A stretch of 32,000 bases of DNA from Raphidiopsis brookii D9 (lineage in GTDB: Bacteria > Cyanobacteriota > Cyanobacteriia > Cyanobacteriales > Nostocaceae). Shown piece by piece: positions 30,545 to 32,000 of this stretch (positions are counted from its first letter, which is position 1; each line of letters opens with the position of its first letter). The notes below the pieces were generated by a model that searched no databases, was not told where the DNA came from, and saw only the letters and a program-made list of their open reading frames with translations. The stretch spans positions 71,026 to 103,025 of the forward strand of contig ACYB01000022.1 of assembly GCA_000175855.1 (NCBI GenBank), given 5' to 3'. The position numbers were made by a program, and so were the translations under genes.

Positions 30545-31957
30545 ATGAGTGTGAGGAAATCTGTGAGTAGTCAAAGAACATCAGCAGCGGGTAACAAACC
30601 AGTCAGAAGTAAGTCCAGAGGTAAAAACCCCAGGAAGTCAAAATCCGGGCGCTGGTTATTGTTTGTCATAGGAATGGGGGGAATTGCAATGCTATCGGGG
30701 TTAGCTGGGGCCCTGTTAGCTGTTTCTGATAGCACCCCCTTACAGCAAGCTAACCTCACCTCAGAGCAGGAAGCGGTTTTTGGCAGAAATCGCATTTCGG
30801 GGAATGGTTGGCAATTCTCTCAATTAACTCGCCCTGTAAACATCTTGGTTATGGGTATGAGTGTACTACCACCTGACATACAAAACCCACCTGACCACAC
30901 CAAGAAATTGGGTTATTTACCCCAACTTAACTCTTTTGACGGTCTTTCAGATGTGATGCTCCTGCTCAAATTTGACCCCCAGACCAAGAAAATTGTCATG
31001 CTTTCTATTCCGAGGGATACCCGCGCTGAAATTGAAGGGATTGGCACACAGAAGATTAACTCGGCTAATGTGAACGGTGGACCTGCATTAACTGCTAAAA
31101 CCGTTAGTAATCTTTTAGGTGGAGTGGCTATTGATCGTTATATCCGAATTAATGTTTTAGGAGTGGGTAAACTAATTGATGCTTTGGGTGGGATAACAGT
31201 TTATGTCCCCAAAGATATGAAATATCAGGATGACTCCCAACATTTATATATTAATTTAAAAGCAGGTAAGCAACATCTTAGTGGTGACCAAGCACTACAA
31301 CTATTGCGATTTCGCCATGACGCTTTAGGTGACATTGGCAGAATTCAAAGGCAACAAATGGTATTGAGGGCGCTTTTTGAACAAAGTGTGAATGGTGCAA
31401 CCCTGGCCAGATTTCCACAGATTTTAGAAACTATTAGGGAGCATATTGACACTAATCTATCTATTGAAGAGTTAATAGCCCTAGTGGGTTTTGGCACGGG
31501 AACAAACAGGTCCAACATAGAAATGGTGATGCTCCCTGGTGGATTTAGCGAAAATGGCAAATATGGTGCCAGTTACTGGATACCGGACAAACAGGCCATT
31601 CAAAAACTAGCGGTGAAAAACTTTGGTTTGGGAGCATCATGGATGGATACCCAGGAAACCATTGACCCTTCCAGATTACGCATTGCCATTCAAGATAGCA
31701 CGGGAGAAGGACAATCGGTTAGGGGTCTGATTAATACTTTACAACAAGCTGGATATCTGAATGTTACTCGTGTTCGTCGTGCTGGGGGGGAACCCCTGGA
31801 AACAACCCATATTGTAGCCCAACAGGGTGATAGTAACAGTGCGGAGTCTGTTCGTGAGCTTTTGGGTTTTGGTGAGGTACGGGTAGAAAGCACTGGTGAT
31901 ATTGGTTCTGACATTACTATTCAAGTGGGGAGGGATTGGTTGCGAAAGTCACAGTAA
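30545..31957 (+). CDS. LytR-CpsA-Psr (LCP) family protein
   Basis: LNSFDGLSDVMLLLKFDPQTKKIVMLSIPRDTRAEIEGIGTQKINSANVNGGPALTAKTVSNLLGGVAIDRYIRINVLGVGKLIDALGGITVYVPKDM...LLRFRHDALGDIGRIQRQQ. LCP domain with an N-terminal TM anchor. Confidence 0.93.
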   Translation: MSVRKSVSSQRTSAAGNKPVRSKSRGKNPRKSKSGRWLLFVIGMGGIAMLSGLAGALLAVSDSTPLQQANLTSEQEAVFGRNRISGNGWQFSQLTRPVNILVMGMSVLPPDIQNPPDHTKKLGYLPQLNSFDGLSDVMLLLKFDPQTKKIVMLSIPRDTRAEIEGIGTQKINSANVNGGPALTAKTVSNLLGGVAIDRYIRINVLGVGKLIDALGGITVYVPKDMKYQDDSQHLYINLKAGKQHLSGDQALQLLRFRHDALGDIGRIQRQQMVLRALFEQSVNGATLARFPQILETIREHIDTNLSIEELIALVGFGTGTNRSNIEMVMLPGGFSENGKYGASYWIPDKQAIQKLAVKNFGLGASWMDTQETIDPSRLRIAIQDSTGEGQSVRGLINTLQQAGYLNVTRVRRAGGEPLETTHIVAQQGDSNSAESVRELLGFGEVRVESTGDIGSDITIQVGRDWLRKSQ

Positions 31958-32000
31958 TAAGTAGAGCAGTCTCACCAGCAACGGGGTTTAAATTTAGTAG

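Overview
This 32 kb window looks like an ordinary, densely coding cyanobacterial chromosome segment, probably from a filamentous Nostocales-type organism (inference). It carries a phnDCE-type transporter, cysH, an sbcD-like nuclease gene, an APC permease, recJ, psb30/ycf12, a YkgJ-type protein and a tandem pair of Gdt1/UPF0016 half-transporters. These are followed by an lptC-like gene, a LabA/NYN-type gene, metG, an alpha/beta hydrolase, pepA, ilvN, and chlL-DUF5331-like-chlN. The right part holds an ndhF-ndhD-CO2-hydration (Cup/Chp) module, queD, an AI-2E family transporter and an LCP family gene. I found no CRISPR array, transposase, rRNA or tRNA, and no convincing undescribed multi-gene system. 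The most useful direct observations are: (1) two independent single-T deletions in T homopolymers that break sbcD (near 4700-4703) and the first Gdt1 half (near 10838-10843), where restoring one T restores the conserved motifs; (2) a 39-aa Psb30/Ycf12 gene missing from the ORF track; (3) a cyanobacterial orphan with a PD-(D/E)XK-like D...ExK signature; (4) dense HIP1 (GCGATCGC) sites; (5) several clean intergenic stem-loops, including a good chlN terminator; (6) convergent genes that overlap or nearly abut. All family assignments come from recognising protein sequence, with no database search.
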